From contig OZ024741.1 of NCBI GenBank assembly GCA_964016885.1, positions 54,188,001-54,252,000 of the forward strand: a stretch of DNA of 64,000 bases, in the 5' to 3' direction. This stretch comes from Eledone cirrhosa. Its lineage: Eukaryota. The position numbers and the translations under genes are program-made. Positions within the stretch are counted from its first letter, which is position 1, and the number at the start of each line of letters is the position of its first letter. The notes beneath the pieces are model-generated. The model saw only the letters and a list, made by a program, of their open reading frames with translations. It searched no databases and was not told where the DNA came from. Shown piece after piece: positions 13,021-28,089 of the stretch.

Positions 13021-13346
13021 TGTTGCAAGCATTCGGAACAGATACGGGGGTATATTCAATGCAATCTCCCAAAATCTCAGAGCACATGAAAACGATCTTT
13101 AGTATAGGCTTTTGATGAAAAAAGTGATATTTACAAAAGTCATGTAGAAAAAAATCCGTGGTTATGCATTCTAAGTGAATAATTATGATGCGTATGTGTA
13201 CAAGTCTAGATTCATATATGACTACGTAATACGTGTACTGACACACACAGAGACACATACACACACCTACACACACACATATATATATATATATGCGTGT
13301 GTAGAAACATATGTAAGTATACTTACACGTACACACACAAACTGAC

Positions 13347-13410
<64 letters not shown>

Positions 13411-13772
13411 GCATGAGTGTATGTGTGTGTGATTATTTGTTTGTTGAGTATGTGTAGGTGTGTACAACGTATATATATAGACAACTACAGAATCAAAGTG
13501 GTGTGAACTGCAAAGCAGCGTAAAAAAACCTCGGTAAGTTGAGTGGAAGGAAGAAAATATACTTAGTGACACCTATATATATATATATATATGTGAGTGT
13601 GTGTGTGTGTGTGTGTGCGTGTGTATACTCACACATGCACGAGTACATCTGTACATACATACAGTCATAAATTCATACATAGACACTTGTATACATTATT
13701 ATACCTATATACACGCATATGAACGTGTATATATAAATATATCTATATCTATCTAACAATCGATGTATAAGC

Positions 13773-13836
<64 letters not shown>

Positions 13837-14029
13837 GCATCTTCCTTATTTCGTTACACAGGCGGTGACCATATTATCTGAAACCCACCAATTGACTTGT
13901 TTTATTCTGTATGCACATACACCCCGACAGCTATAACTTACTATGTTAAATTAAGTTCCCATTACCTGTGCATGCAGCATCTATAAAAAAAACTTTCTTT
14001 CGTATAAATGGCTTCATACTACTACTACT

Positions 14030-14160
<131 letters not shown>

Positions 14161-14329
14161 CTCGGTGTATCTGAAAATCGATGTCTAGGAATATAAATAC
14201 GAATGTAAATAGAAAATATAACAATATACTACATATATAAACACGTTTGTATGTACTTATGTATTTATGCATATATGTGTATGTCACAATCTATGTAAAT
14301 GAATTTATACATACACACACACACACATA

Positions 14330-14431
<102 letters not shown>

Positions 14432-14854
14432 ACAAAGTGTTACACGACTAAACAGTTACGTAATACAACCAGACTCTGCATCTCAGTCTTTTCAGCCACT
14501 CTATAGCGTGCAGTCTCACCTATATTATTGGGAATGCAATTGTGAAAGCAGTTTGCGTAGTAAATTTGAGAAACCCTGTTTTCGTTAAAAGCGTGTGAGA
14601 CAACATCATAAATAAATACACAAACTCTTACGATTAGAAATAAGAATCAACAGACTTGTAAGTGAATTTTTAGAAAAACACTGTAGAATCTGCAACACAT
14701 AGACACATGAAAGATACAGAAATGTAGACTTCCGTCAATGCAATATGTATGTTTTGCAAGAGATGTCAACATGAATGGATCTATTATTTTTATCTAAAGA
14801 CATTTTCCAAATCCATCCCGCCCGTCCCCTCGATCTATTTTATTTCTCATTCTT

Positions 14855-14890
14855 TCTTCTGATGAACGACTAGCGTCCGAAACGTTAAGA
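14855..14890 (+). ncRNA. Minimal PLE-type hammerhead ribozyme in a solo pLTR remnant
   Basis: TCTT-CTGATGA-ACGAC tagc GTCC-GAAA-CG-TT-AAGA; downstream aacctaatata is shared with the 7.2-kb pLTR. Confidence 0.65.
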
Positions 14891-14998
14891 CCATCTTCCT
14901 GCTATATCAAGCGTTAACCTAATATATCCCTTCCATATACTGTACCGATTGTGTTGTTATTTCTGTTTACCTTTTACATATATATATATATATATATA

Positions 14999-15082
<84 letters not shown>

Positions 15083-15084
<2 letters not shown>

Positions 15085-15131
15085 TTCTACAGGACTAGAA
15101 CTGTTTCATTCTTTAGAAATCATCAGGAATC
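15083..15131 (-). ncRNA. Type I hammerhead ribozyme with full stem III
   Basis: Minus strand: GATTC-CTGATGA-TTTC taaa GAAT-GAAA-CAG ttctagtc CTG-TA-GAATC; degenerate relatives at ~4196-4240 and 51076-51169. Confidence 0.75.
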
Positions 15132-15584
15132 TGGGTATCAAAAAATAAATATGGTATTTATAGGTCTCTACAAGTGGTAGAAGAGGGTGGGGAGTGGGAT
15201 GGGTGTAGGTCATTGGTTGATAGAAAAGGGAATTCATTAAAAGCTAATTCTACAAAGCTATAGTTTATTTTTATTAATTTTTGTTTTTAGAGTAACAAAG
15301 GCAGACAGAATTCTATAAACAGGTTCCGGATGGCATACCATTCCTTGTCATTAAGTTTCTCTTAAGCTAACAGATGTCTATAAGATCAGTGGGGGGTCAG
15401 TCATGGTAGATAGAAATAAAGGAAAGGGAGATTCTTTAAGAGCTAAATTCATTAAGGTTCTACTAAGTGACAAAGGTTTAGAGAATTCTGTAGACAGATT
15501 CAAAATACTGAGTGCATATCTTACAATTATCTTCGAACTTCTCTTAAACTAATCAACTATATGCCAAAAATCAACAGACACATT

Positions 15585-15696
15585 CACAAAAAAACACACT
15601 CACTCACACACTCGCGCGCAACCATAAACACACATACACATACACATATACACATATAAAAACACACACACATATATATATAAATATATCTATATC

Positions 15697-15744
<48 letters not shown>

Positions 15745-15752
15745 CACACATA

Positions 15753-15783
<31 letters not shown>

Positions 15784-15881
15784 TTATATACACATATATA
15801 TACACTCACACACATACATACATACACACAAATATACATGTGTATACAAATACACATATATACACATACACATATATATAT

Positions 15882-15924
<43 letters not shown>

Positions 15925-15939
15925 CATATATATACACAC

Positions 15940-15982
<43 letters not shown>

Positions 15983-16009
15983 TATACACATATATAAGGA
16001 AAAAGCACC

Positions 16010-16060
<51 letters not shown>

Positions 16061-16079
16061 TACACCATTCATACATATA

Positions 16080-16130
<51 letters not shown>

Positions 16131-16323
16131 ACACACACACATACATATATACACAAATACATACACATATATACACACATACACACACATATATATATAT
16201 ATATATCACACACATATATATATATATATATATACACATATATACATATACACACACATACATACACACATACACACATACATACATACATACATATACA
16301 AATATATATACAAATACACATAT

Positions 16324-16376
<53 letters not shown>

Positions 16377-16680
16377 CATACACATATATATATATATACA
16401 CATACATATACACACACATATATACACACACACTCACATATACACATATATACACATGCACACACACACACACATACACATGCATATATATAAATATATA
16501 TATATATATCCCTATATATATACATACACATACATACACAGACATATACATAAATATACACATATATACAAACATATATACGCATATATACACACATATA
16601 TACATATATATACACGCATACACACATACACACACGCACACACAAATATATATACACACACTCTCTCTCTCTCACGCACA

Positions 16681-16774
<94 letters not shown>

Positions 16775-16807
16775 CCTGCACACACACACATATATATATA
16801 CACACAT

Positions 16808-16874
<67 letters not shown>

Positions 16875-16915
16875 CATATACATATATACATACATACACA
16901 TACACATACATACAC

Positions 16916-16992
<77 letters not shown>

Positions 16993-17150
16993 TACATACA
17001 CATACATACATAAATATACACACATAAAACACATATACACACATACATATATATATATACATACACATACATATACACACATACACACAAATATATACAC
17101 ATACAAACAAATAAGTACGCAATAAATATACGCATATACGCAGGCACATA
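15585..17150. repeat. Long compound (CA)/(TA) microsatellite block
   Basis: Interleaved CA, TA and CATA runs. Confidence 0.95.
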
Positions 17151-17313
17151 AAAACACCTCTACAGGTAGAAAATGTAGATAGGAAAGAGGTACTCACATA
17201 ACCATAGTGGGTGTATTTCAGGTTGAGGAGGGGTGGGGGTAGGGTGGGAAGGAGGTATAGGGGCCAATAGGGGGAGGTCGTTTTTAGCCATTGGATTCAC
17301 AACCCGGAATAAC

Positions 17314-17354
<41 letters not shown>

Positions 17355-17378
17355 TTAAATATATATATATATATATAT

Positions 17379-17505
17379 CGGAAAAGAGTCGGGGCCCCGA
17401 CGGCTGAGCTCCGGCCCTTTCTTCGACAGCTAGATCCGAACTAGTTCCAATCTAGCTGTCGAAGAAAGGGCCGGAGCTCAGCCGTCGGGGTCCTGACTCT
17501 TTTCC
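17379..17505. repeat. GC-rich ~125-bp hairpin formed by an inverted end of a dispersed element
   Basis: ggaaaagagtc.gg.ccccgacggctgagctccggccctttcttcgacagctagat and its reverse complement; the continuation 17505-17585 resembles 1415-1500. Confidence 0.85.
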
Positions 17506-17697
17506 CTATTACCCACTCTACTACCCTAAGTATCGAGTACTCTGGTGCATTATGGTTCACCTGGTATCTTACCACACCTTCTTTGTACATATATAATGTG
17601 TGTGTGTGTGTGTGCGTGTATGTGAATATACATTTACAAGTTTACCAATACACACGTACACGTACATAAATACATAGTTACATACATACATATATAT

Positions 17698-17728
<31 letters not shown>

Positions 17729-18040
17729 ATTGGTGTTGGATGGTTAAAGCGTCCGTATGCGGTAGGCCGTATGAGCACTCGATGCTGGTCGCCAGAGAAA
17801 CGATTGTAATAAGTCCAATAAATTCCATTCGTCGCAAGACTGATTCTCTTTTTTTCTGTGATATATATATATTTATATATATATATATATAGTGGTGGAA
17901 CACTGGAAGGTATTATCTGTGATATATATATATTCTGTGATATATATATATTTATATATATATATATATATAGTGGTGGAACACTGGAGGGTAATATCTG
18001 TAGTGGTAGAGCACTCAGTCCAAGGGACGGACGAGTTAGG

Positions 18041-18242
<202 letters not shown>

Positions 18243-18584
18243 TATATATATAGATGTGTATGTATATGAATACACATATATGTAACTATGTATTTATGTA
18301 CATAGTTACATACATATGTATTCATATACATACATATATATATATATATCCCTTACACGTTTCGCCCATGGTTTTGAATCGCTTGGGTGAAGTGACCGTT
18401 TCTCCGCATGCGCGTTCATACGGTTTTTTTTCCCGTTCTGTATAACCATGACCAATCCGAGCTGAAGATCCGCATAAAGTGAAACAATTGGTGAACTAAC
18501 TTTTGCGTTACTACTTCTATTATTATTATTTATGTATGTACATGAATACATATGTATGTATGTATGTAACTATGTATTTATGTC

Positions 18585-19115
18585 GGGTCACTCTTGAGTG
18601 CTACTGGTAACATGTAACCCAGTACAACTTGTCGCATGATCTGGTCATCGGCGACTTACCCGGCAACCGCACCAATTTTACTAGGTGAGGAGGAGGATGT
18701 TGGACACCCTGCAGGACAAAAAACAAAAGCTGACAAAGGGTGGAAGAACTCATAAGAGTCAACGGCCATCCGAAATTGTGTAAATATGTTTATAGACATG
18801 TACTGCCCGGTTAAACCACTGGGAGTGAAGGACTCCTAGCCTTTTTCAGGGCATTCTTCTAGCAGAAGGCAACTCAGGAAACTGGGATAACTCCGATATA
18901 AAACCTGAGCTCAGTAGTTACCGATGATGTTGATCTTTTGTTCTTTTCGGGCTATAGCTACTGTCGCTCAGAGAGTGGGATTGACTCAGTGCACAGTCCT
19001 TCCTCACTTTAAAAAAATATCTTCACGCACAGGCATTGCACGATAGAATTAATTAATAATTATTAATAATGGTATATCGTGCAATGGCGATACTCGATAA
19101 CGAGGGGGCAGCCAT
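18585..19115 (+). mobile_element. Dispersed repeat, probably derived from an RTE 5' region
   Basis: Start (tcactc...ctactgg.aacatgtaa.ccagt.caac.tgtc.ca) is shared with the start of the RTE remnant at 19945. Confidence 0.4.
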
Positions 19116-19944
19116 CATGTATTTATGTATGATACTATGTATTTATGTACATACATATATGATTTTTTAAATCTACTGCATGAAAACGTGATCTAAGAAC
19201 TCATTTTTATCCATTATTTCAATATTTCGGTTTAATAAAATCTTTATCAAGAAAGATAATGCAGAGTTCTTAGTTCACAATTTGACGTGTTCATGTGGTG
19301 GAGTGTTGCGTTTAACAATTGGCTAATGTTGAACTAGATCATAAACTATGTACAACGGCTGCCTACTGTTAATGAATTTTGATTTATTAGAGTAGTTGCA
19401 TGTGCAACAGTCCAGCTGCTGTACATACGAGTAAATAAGTACACACAGAGTGGGAAGATAGATGACTAATTGGTATGAAACCTGTCCCACACACATACAG
19501 TCCCCTCTTTCATTCTCCTTATCTCTCAAGTGTGAACAACCATCTCAATTCTCTCTCTAACTGCTACTTCCTGACCAGAACCTCCGTCCACAGTAATTTT
19601 ATACCCGCCCACCTGTTTTCTATAAGCGTTGCCTTGTAACATTTTAAGTAGAACATGAAACGGCATCAATCTAACCTGAGGATCTATAATAGGTATATGT
19701 ACTGTTCCTTGTTCTTTATATATTGTTTAAAAAATGTCCATATTCCTCGTTTGTTGTATTGATGGTGACTGTGGTATCCTGGTTTGGTAATTCTGACCAG
19801 TTATTTTTTCTTTCGTACATTCGCTCTCTTCTCTCGCCTGATGAAATTGTTTTTACTTTTTCCCCAAATTTTATCATAATGATAGGTTTTGTAATTGATC
19901 TTCCTCTTTGATTTTCATTTAGCAATTAGAATATATTAATTTCA

Positions 19945-20960
19945 TGTCACTCACGATCCCTACTGGCAACATGTAAGCCAGTGCAACCTGTCACATTGTC
20001 GGGTCGTCCGCAATAACACTGACAACTCCATCAAGCCTGCATAGGCAGCACCTGACATCAGTATACTTGAAGCTGTCAATACAGCCTGATAGAAAGCTCA
20101 GCAGGCTGCCTGCCACTGTGCTGCCTACAACTGGCTGAACCTCTGCAGAAGCGTGCAGAGACCTGCTAACACTGATGGTGTAAGAAGAATGTACAAGGGG
20201 ATCATGAAGGTGACGAATCCATATATTACCAAAACTACCCCACTCACGACCAGGACGGCTGCAGTTATCACAGACTTGGGGAAGCAAATAGAACGCTGGG
20301 TTTAGCACTAATTTGAGTTGTATGCAATTCAGAACGTGTTCACCGACATCTCTCTGGACGCCTTCCAAACCGCTCTCCATCGATGCAGATTTGAACACAG
20401 GATTGCCAAGTCAGCAGCGGTTATGCCTAAGTTGAATCGAAAGGTCTAGAATAATTCCAGCCTCTCCAAAAAGACCAAACCATGAGTCTACCAGGCATGT
20501 GTACTAAGCACACACCTCTACAGTACCGCGGCATGGGCCACATACGCGAGTCACGAATAGAAACTTAATGTCTCTTGAAGTGCCTCGCACGCATTCTCCA
20601 CATCCGACGGCAGGCAAAAATGGCAAACGCAGAGTTTTGAAACGCGCAAATGTGGGTAGGAACTTTACCATTCTCAGTGAGAATCATCTTGCCTGGTTGG
20701 ACAACGTCAGAAGAATAGCTTCGAGATGCATTCCCAAAATGTTGTACGGAGAACTGAATAGTGATATGAAACTGTGAACATCAACGTCACCACCTGGGAA
20801 CAATGCCCAGGGGACCGTACAGCTTAGCGTTTACATGTCAGACAACGCGTACAGTCAGTAAAGCAGATGAGGAACGAAGACTTAGCATTCAAAAGGCGAG
20901 AATGTAGGGGCGACAACGACAGACTCAACAGGTATCGTATAGATGTGTATTTGTAGCAAA
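19945..20960 (+). mobile_element. Degenerate, internally deleted RTE-clade LINE
   Basis: RIAK.A.VMPKLNRKV..SLSKKTK..VYQACVLS..LY...W; LAWLDNVRR..IPK.LYGEL. Confidence 0.75.
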
Positions 20961-21289
20961 TACAGTAAGGGCTGGCGAAAGTGCAAATGAATAGATCTTT
21001 TACTGACATCGTCTCATGTCAGTACGTGTGTGTCTATGCGGGTGTGTGTGTGTGTGTGTGTTTGTTTGTGTTAGTATACATATAAATAAATAGATAATAT
21101 TTATATATTTTTGTCAAGAGCGGAAATGAAAAGCACAGATTAGCGACGTAGAAAAAGCAGCTCCGACTAAATGAATAACTTTGTACATCATTGCAGAGCG
21201 TTTTGCCGTCGTTTGTAAATCGAAGCGAATATGTAAATATGAACTATATACGTATATATATACGTACACATATATATATACATATATAT

Positions 21290-21366
<77 letters not shown>

Positions 21367-21399
21367 TATCTATTATATGTGTATATATATATAGAGAGA

Positions 21400-21612
21400 G
21401 ATATAAGTATGTATACGTACATACATATATGTATACAGACGTACAGTAGTATGTATATACATACATGTATGTATGTATAAACATACATGTATGTATACAT
21501 ACATGTATACATACTACTGTACGTCTGTATACATATATATATATGTACGCATACATATTTATATTTAAGTATCAGCCGTACTAAGAGTGAGAAATGAAAT
21601 TTCATTTTTTCC
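21400..21612. mobile_element. Diverged head-to-head fragment of the 422-bp family
   Basis: catactactgtacgtc.gtatacatata...cagccgtactaagagtg.gaaatgaaat on the plus strand, inverted arm at ~21400-21460. Confidence 0.65.
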
Positions 21613-21659
21613 TTTAATATGTATATATATATCCATATATATCCATATAATATATATAC

Positions 21660-21730
<71 letters not shown>

Positions 21731-21892
21731 CATATATAAATATATATATGTATACATATATGTATATATATATATATATATAAATAGAGAGAGATGGAAT
21801 GTGTGTGTGTGCGTGTGCATCTGCATATATATATGTGTGTGTGTGTGATCATGCATATATTTATACATATGGGCGAGGAATAAATAAATGCA

Positions 21893-21922
21893 TAGATAGA
21901 TTGATTGATAGATAGATAGATT

Positions 21923-22001
<79 letters not shown>

Positions 22002-22020
22002 GGATGGAGGGATAGATCCA
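21893..22020. repeat. (GATA)n tetranucleotide microsatellite
   Basis: Direct observation. Confidence 0.95.
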
Positions 22021-22473
22021 TAGATAGAAGTTGGCATTGGTAGACAAATAGACGTGCTAATACAACGGAATAGAGTTATTCCCTAACAAACTGATGAACT
22101 ATGGTGTGAGTTTTCGTAAAAGATACCCGGACACTTTTACCCAAATTTAAGCACAGATGTAATTAGAATATACTGCCTAGCAATTTCGGTGGGTCGCTTC
22201 AATATCAGTTCTTTCAGAGAAAAACGTGCCGATTGACTATAAAATAAGACAACCCATTTCTGGTTAAATGAGGGAAATAAGTTTTATGTTGCTCGAAGAC
22301 ATGACTCGAGGAAGAAAATAACCAATAATGGCATATATATATATATATATAAATGTATGTATGTGTGGATGTATGTATGTATGTAGGTATGTATCTATGT
22401 ATGTATGTAGGTATGTATGTATGTATGTATGTATGTATATATCTATGTAGGTATGTGTGTATGTATGTGTATG

Positions 22474-22544
<71 letters not shown>

Positions 22545-22640
22545 GTATATATGTATATATGTATATATATATATATATGTATATATATACGTAGTGGTAT
22601 GTATCTTCATCTCTCTTTCTCTCTCCCCTCTCTCTCTCTC

Positions 22641-22689
<49 letters not shown>

Positions 22690-22875
22690 GTGTATAACAT
22701 ATTTTTACATCTCTCGCGCCCAGTAACTGTGTGTCTGTTCCATATACTATTCTAAATAAGCACGATTTATGTATCCATATATCTATCTGTCTGTGTTGTC
22801 TTTTTACACGTTTGTATGCACCTCCTCAGATTTCAAACATCCTCATTATAAACACATGCACACACACTCTCACAC

Positions 22876-22934
<59 letters not shown>

Positions 22935-22944
22935 ATTATTTATA

Positions 22945-23136
22945 GCGGTGGATTGGCAGTATCGGTAGAGGGTTGGACGCCATGCTTTACAGCAAAGAGT
23001 TACAACCCTGTATCGTCTAAGTTCATATCCCGCCGAGGTTAACTTTGCCTTTCATCCTAACGGGTTCGATAAAATAAAGTACCAGTAATACACTGGGATA
23101 ATTGCTGGCCTTGTGCCAAAAGTAGAAACAATTATT
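22945..23136 (+). mobile_element. tRNA-derived SINE, family B
   Basis: tggcagtatcggtagag A-box-like head, gttca.atccc B box, body ttgcctttcatcct..cggg.tcgataaaataaagtaccag, tail ggccttgtgccaaaagtagaaacaattatt; several copies in the window. Confidence 0.8.
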
Positions 23137-23264
23137 TATTGTCTGTATCGGTAGAGGGTCGGACGCCATGCTTTGCAGCAAAGAGTTGTGTCCATGCAGG
23201 GGCCCCCACAGGCGCACTGAGTGCAGTGTCAATTCTGGATGTCGGTGAGCATGTCCAGCTAACC

Positions 23265-23790
23265 CCAGTCTCCTCTAACACCAAGAACTACAGGGGGATC
23301 TCACTGATGTCACTTGTGGCAAAACCCTCAACAGGATGATTCTTAACAGGATCCAACCCGAGATAAGAAGTTCAGGGACAACAAGAACGGCTTCAGAGAT
23401 GGAAGATCAACCACCAGTTATATCCTGGTGCTGATGAGCATATTAGAGGGAGCTAAAGCAAAGTGCCTTCCTGCAGTCATGGTTTTCGTTGACTTTCCTT
23501 TGATTCTGTGGAGCGTCACTGCCTGATGAAGATTTTACAGGCTTATGGAATCCCCAAGAATATAGTGGGCCTGATATTACTGCTCTACACCAGCACCAAA
23601 GCCCAAGTCATTACACCTGATGGGATGATAGAGTTCTTTGAGATACTGGCTGGAGTGCTCCAGGGAGATACATTGGCTCCCTACCTTTTTATCATCGCAG
23701 TGAACTATTGTATGCGCCTTGCGCTGGAGAAACACCAGGACGTTCGCTTTACTGTAACACCGGCTCAAAGCAGGAGAGTTAAAGCGAAAA
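23265..23790 (+). mobile_element. RTE-type LINE reverse transcriptase fragment (frameshifted)
   Basis: NYRGISLMS, NGFRDGRST, VFVDF, ILQAYGIP, GVLQGDTLAPYLF. Confidence 0.85.
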
Positions 23791-24465
23791 TATATCCACA
23801 GATCTACCTCGAACCAAGTAGCACGTAGCTCCTCAAAGCCCGTTTTCTGACCTTCTTGTCAAGTCGCAGATATATCCTTCGTATTTATGCAAAGGCTTTT
23901 GCAGCGGCGTCTTTAAGTGCAAGGCTTTGACTCTGACAACGAGTCATCATGTTTTCGATTTAAAAATGCTTTACCGTATTGCTTTTCAAAATGTTTTTTT
24001 TTTTTTCTTGCCGTGAGTCACATTAAGAGATGCACTTTTTTTTAGATTGTTGCTTATTTTCGTAGATTATGTTCGTAATGTCACGGCTGGTAGTTTAAGA
24101 AAAAAACATGCTCGGGTATCATTCTCTGTCTCAGTTCTCTGGTCACGATGCCATTGTTAATCTCCCAATCTCCTCAGCTGAATAAAATACTTACTCTAAT
24201 TCATTGTATCCTAACGCTATTTATACCTATAGATTCTAATGTAATCGATCTCTTAAACCCCCCCCCCCCCCCCCCGCCGCCAACTCCTACCCAGGGTTAA
24301 CTATATTATTATACTCGCTTCTTTGGTTCATCCACTCAAAATTTGATTTCTTCTTTTTTTTTCAGTTTACACTAATTTTCCCCATTTATTTACGTTTTTC
24401 ACAATTTTCTCCACTATCTCTATTTCTTTCTCTCTCCCTTTATCTCTCTCTCTTAATCTCTCTCC

Positions 24466-24552
<87 letters not shown>

Positions 24553-24635
24553 TATATACACACATATATATATATATATACACATATATATATACATACA
24601 TATATATATACATACATACATATATATATATACAT

Positions 24636-24711
<76 letters not shown>

Positions 24712-24727
24712 CCATATACAAATACAT

Positions 24728-24794
<67 letters not shown>

Positions 24795-25309
24795 ATAGTA
24801 TATATTTATATATACGTATTTATGTATATATATAGATACAGATACACGTGAATTTATGTATATATATAGATATAGATACACGTGAATATATATATGAAGA
24901 TATATATATGTGTGTGTGAGAGTGTATGAGTTCATGGGCTTGTATGTATACATACATATATGTATGTGTGAATGTAGATTGTGTATACAGAATTTATTTT
25001 GTTCCTGAAATCAAGAAAAAAAATAGATTGATTGTTAACGATAATGATAATAAGAAACCATCTTAACCATAGGTTTGTTTAAGCGAACGGCGGAAAATTT
25101 ACTTGTTTGATACCCCAAAAACATAAAAATAAGATAATGAAACAAACAACGAAGAACAAATAAAAACAATTGATTCTGGTCAAAACCTTGTAACATATTC
25201 CACGAGAATAATTGATTCTTAGACATACAATATGAAGAACACTCAAACGAACAAGGTTTGGTTTAGTTCTTTAAAAAAATGTTGTTCTATTTGCCATTTC
25301 TTTTATGTC

Positions 25310-25804
<495 letters not shown>

Positions 25805-25901
25805 GAAGACATATATATATAGAGAGAGAGATGTGTCCCCTCCCACCTGTCTACATATGTATATGTACACATACACAGATTCACAATCCCGCACACATTT
25901 T

Positions 25902-25948
<47 letters not shown>

Positions 25949-26396
25949 CGTTCTCTCCCTCACTCTAGTTCTCTCTCTCACTCTCTCTCTTTCTTTCACT
26001 CTCTCTCTCATATATATATGTGTGTTTATGTACATATGTATATATATATAATGTCTATATTACTTATGTATATAATTGTTATTTTTTCGTTATATTACTT
26101 TACATTTCTTTTCTTTTCTTTAAAATTTCACTTTTTGGGTTTTCTGTTTTTTATTGAAAAAGGGTTTCTCTTTCTGTTTTGTATTTGTTTTTGTTACTTG
26201 TGTTGTTTTTGGCAAAATGTCTTTGAAAAAATATAATGAACTGAACAAAGAATACAATAAGAATAACAAAAGGGAAACGAAAACAAAGTGATTTTGTTAA
26301 ATACAGATTGAGCGCCTAGAATTTGGCACGGTTTCACTTTAAAAAGATTTATATATAGACACACACACATACATATATATATAAATATGTATGTGT

Positions 26397-26461
<65 letters not shown>

Positions 26462-26472
26462 ACACACACATA

Positions 26473-26532
<60 letters not shown>

Positions 26533-26554
26533 CATATATATATATATTTGTAAT

Positions 26555-26620
<66 letters not shown>

Positions 26621-26651
26621 CGTATGTATATATAAACACAGATATAAATAT

Positions 26652-26715
<64 letters not shown>

Positions 26716-26782
26716 TATGAAGAGAGAAGAAACATTCAGATATAATTAGTAATAAAATGTATCATACCTAAACTGTTCCTAA

Positions 26783-26873
26783 ATTCCTCGACTACGTAGT
26801 TTCGTGGCATAAACAAAAACAATATATCAAAGATATAGAGTCCTTGCGAGGTCTGCCGACTTATCAAGAGGAT
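26783..26873 (-). ncRNA. Type I hammerhead, U3-A8 core variant
   Basis: Minus strand: TCCTC-TTGATAA-GTCGGCA..TGCCAC-GAAA-CTACGTAG-TC-GAGGA. Confidence 0.7.
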
Positions 26874-27373
26874 ACCTCATTTTACTAGTCTCAAGAACGC
26901 GTCTACACGACGTGAGAAAGAATCCCAAAAGGCGGAGGGGGAGATAGTCACGCGATATAACGGTCGAGAAACAGAGCTAAGCCTCTTATAACCACGAAGA
27001 AAATACCACGGAGGCGGAGGGGGTATTCATATCGAGGCCGTAGAAGAGGTAGTGAAGAAGGCGAGAAGTATGAGTAATGGAAGCTTTCCAGTTGTCCCCA
27101 CACTTCAAAGATTGCTCGACCAGAGGGAGTTATTAATATATTTAGAAACACACAGATACATGCGGACACACACATATATACATGAATGCATCCGCACCCA
27201 ACTGTGAGTTAAGGGTGCCAACTTCACCGATGTTGCTCAATGAATGACTGGGACAGACCAATTCAGTTTGAACCAGACTGAACCAGTATCAGAGTTAAAA
27301 ATACATTATGAAGAGAGAAGAAACATTCAGATATAATTAGTAATAAAATGTATCATACCTAAACTGTTCCTAA

Positions 27374-27464
27374 ATTCCTCGACTACGTAGTTTCGTGGCA
27401 TAAACAAAAACAATATATCAAAGATATAGAGTCCTTGCGAGGTCTGCCGACTTATCAAGAGGAT
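27374..27464 (-). ncRNA. Type I hammerhead, U3-A8 core variant
   Basis: Same motif 591 bp away. Confidence 0.7.
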
Positions 27465-28089
27465 ACCTCATTTTACTAGTCTCAAGAACGCGTCTACACG
27501 ACGTGAGAAAGAATCCCAAAAGGCGGAGGGGGAGATAGTCACGCGATATAACGGTCGAGAAACAGAGCTAAGCCTCTTATAACCACGAAGAAAATACCAC
27601 GGAGGCGGAGGGGGTATTCATATCGAGGCCGTAGAAGAGGTAGTGAAGAAGGCGAGAAGTATGAGTAAATATATATATAAATATATATATATATATATTG
27701 GGGGGGGGGGGGTGAGGTAAACAGAGAAAGAGAGAAGTACATATAAACATTATTCTAGAATATATGTTTGAATATGTGTGGTTGTGTATATCAGAGTGTT
27801 ATTCTTATTTTTCAAATCGATATTTTATTTTTGTAGAAAAGGAAGTGATTTCTAACATTGCGAAGAGGCTCCATCGCCTGAATCTAAATTACCAGAAGGG
27901 AGAAATGTTACAGGCTGAACTTTTGAAAAATGCTGCATATTTTTATAGTTTTGACTACAGATTTTATTTACGAAGCGTGAGCTTTATTGCCTGTTTATTC
28001 ATTTACTCTTTTACTCTTTTACTCTTTTACCTCTTCCAGCCATCTGGCTGAGGCCATGCTGGGGCACCGCCCTTGTTGCTACACATTTT

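Larger units (their letters stand above)
26713..27667 (-). mobile_element. 591-bp-unit retrozyme-like element, ~1.6 tandem units in (TA)n
   Basis: cattatgaagagagaag at 26713 and 27304; HHR motifs at 26783-26873 and 27374-27464 on the minus strand. Confidence 0.85.

Noticed and set aside
22085-22125. CTGATGA at ~22091, also CTGATGA at ~19837 and CTGACGA at ~53583
   Set aside because: No stem II plus GAAA plus stem I could be assembled, so these are not called hammerheads.
24190-24232. Possible minus-strand micro-exon (AG...GTAAGT)
   Set aside because: All three frames contain stop codons.
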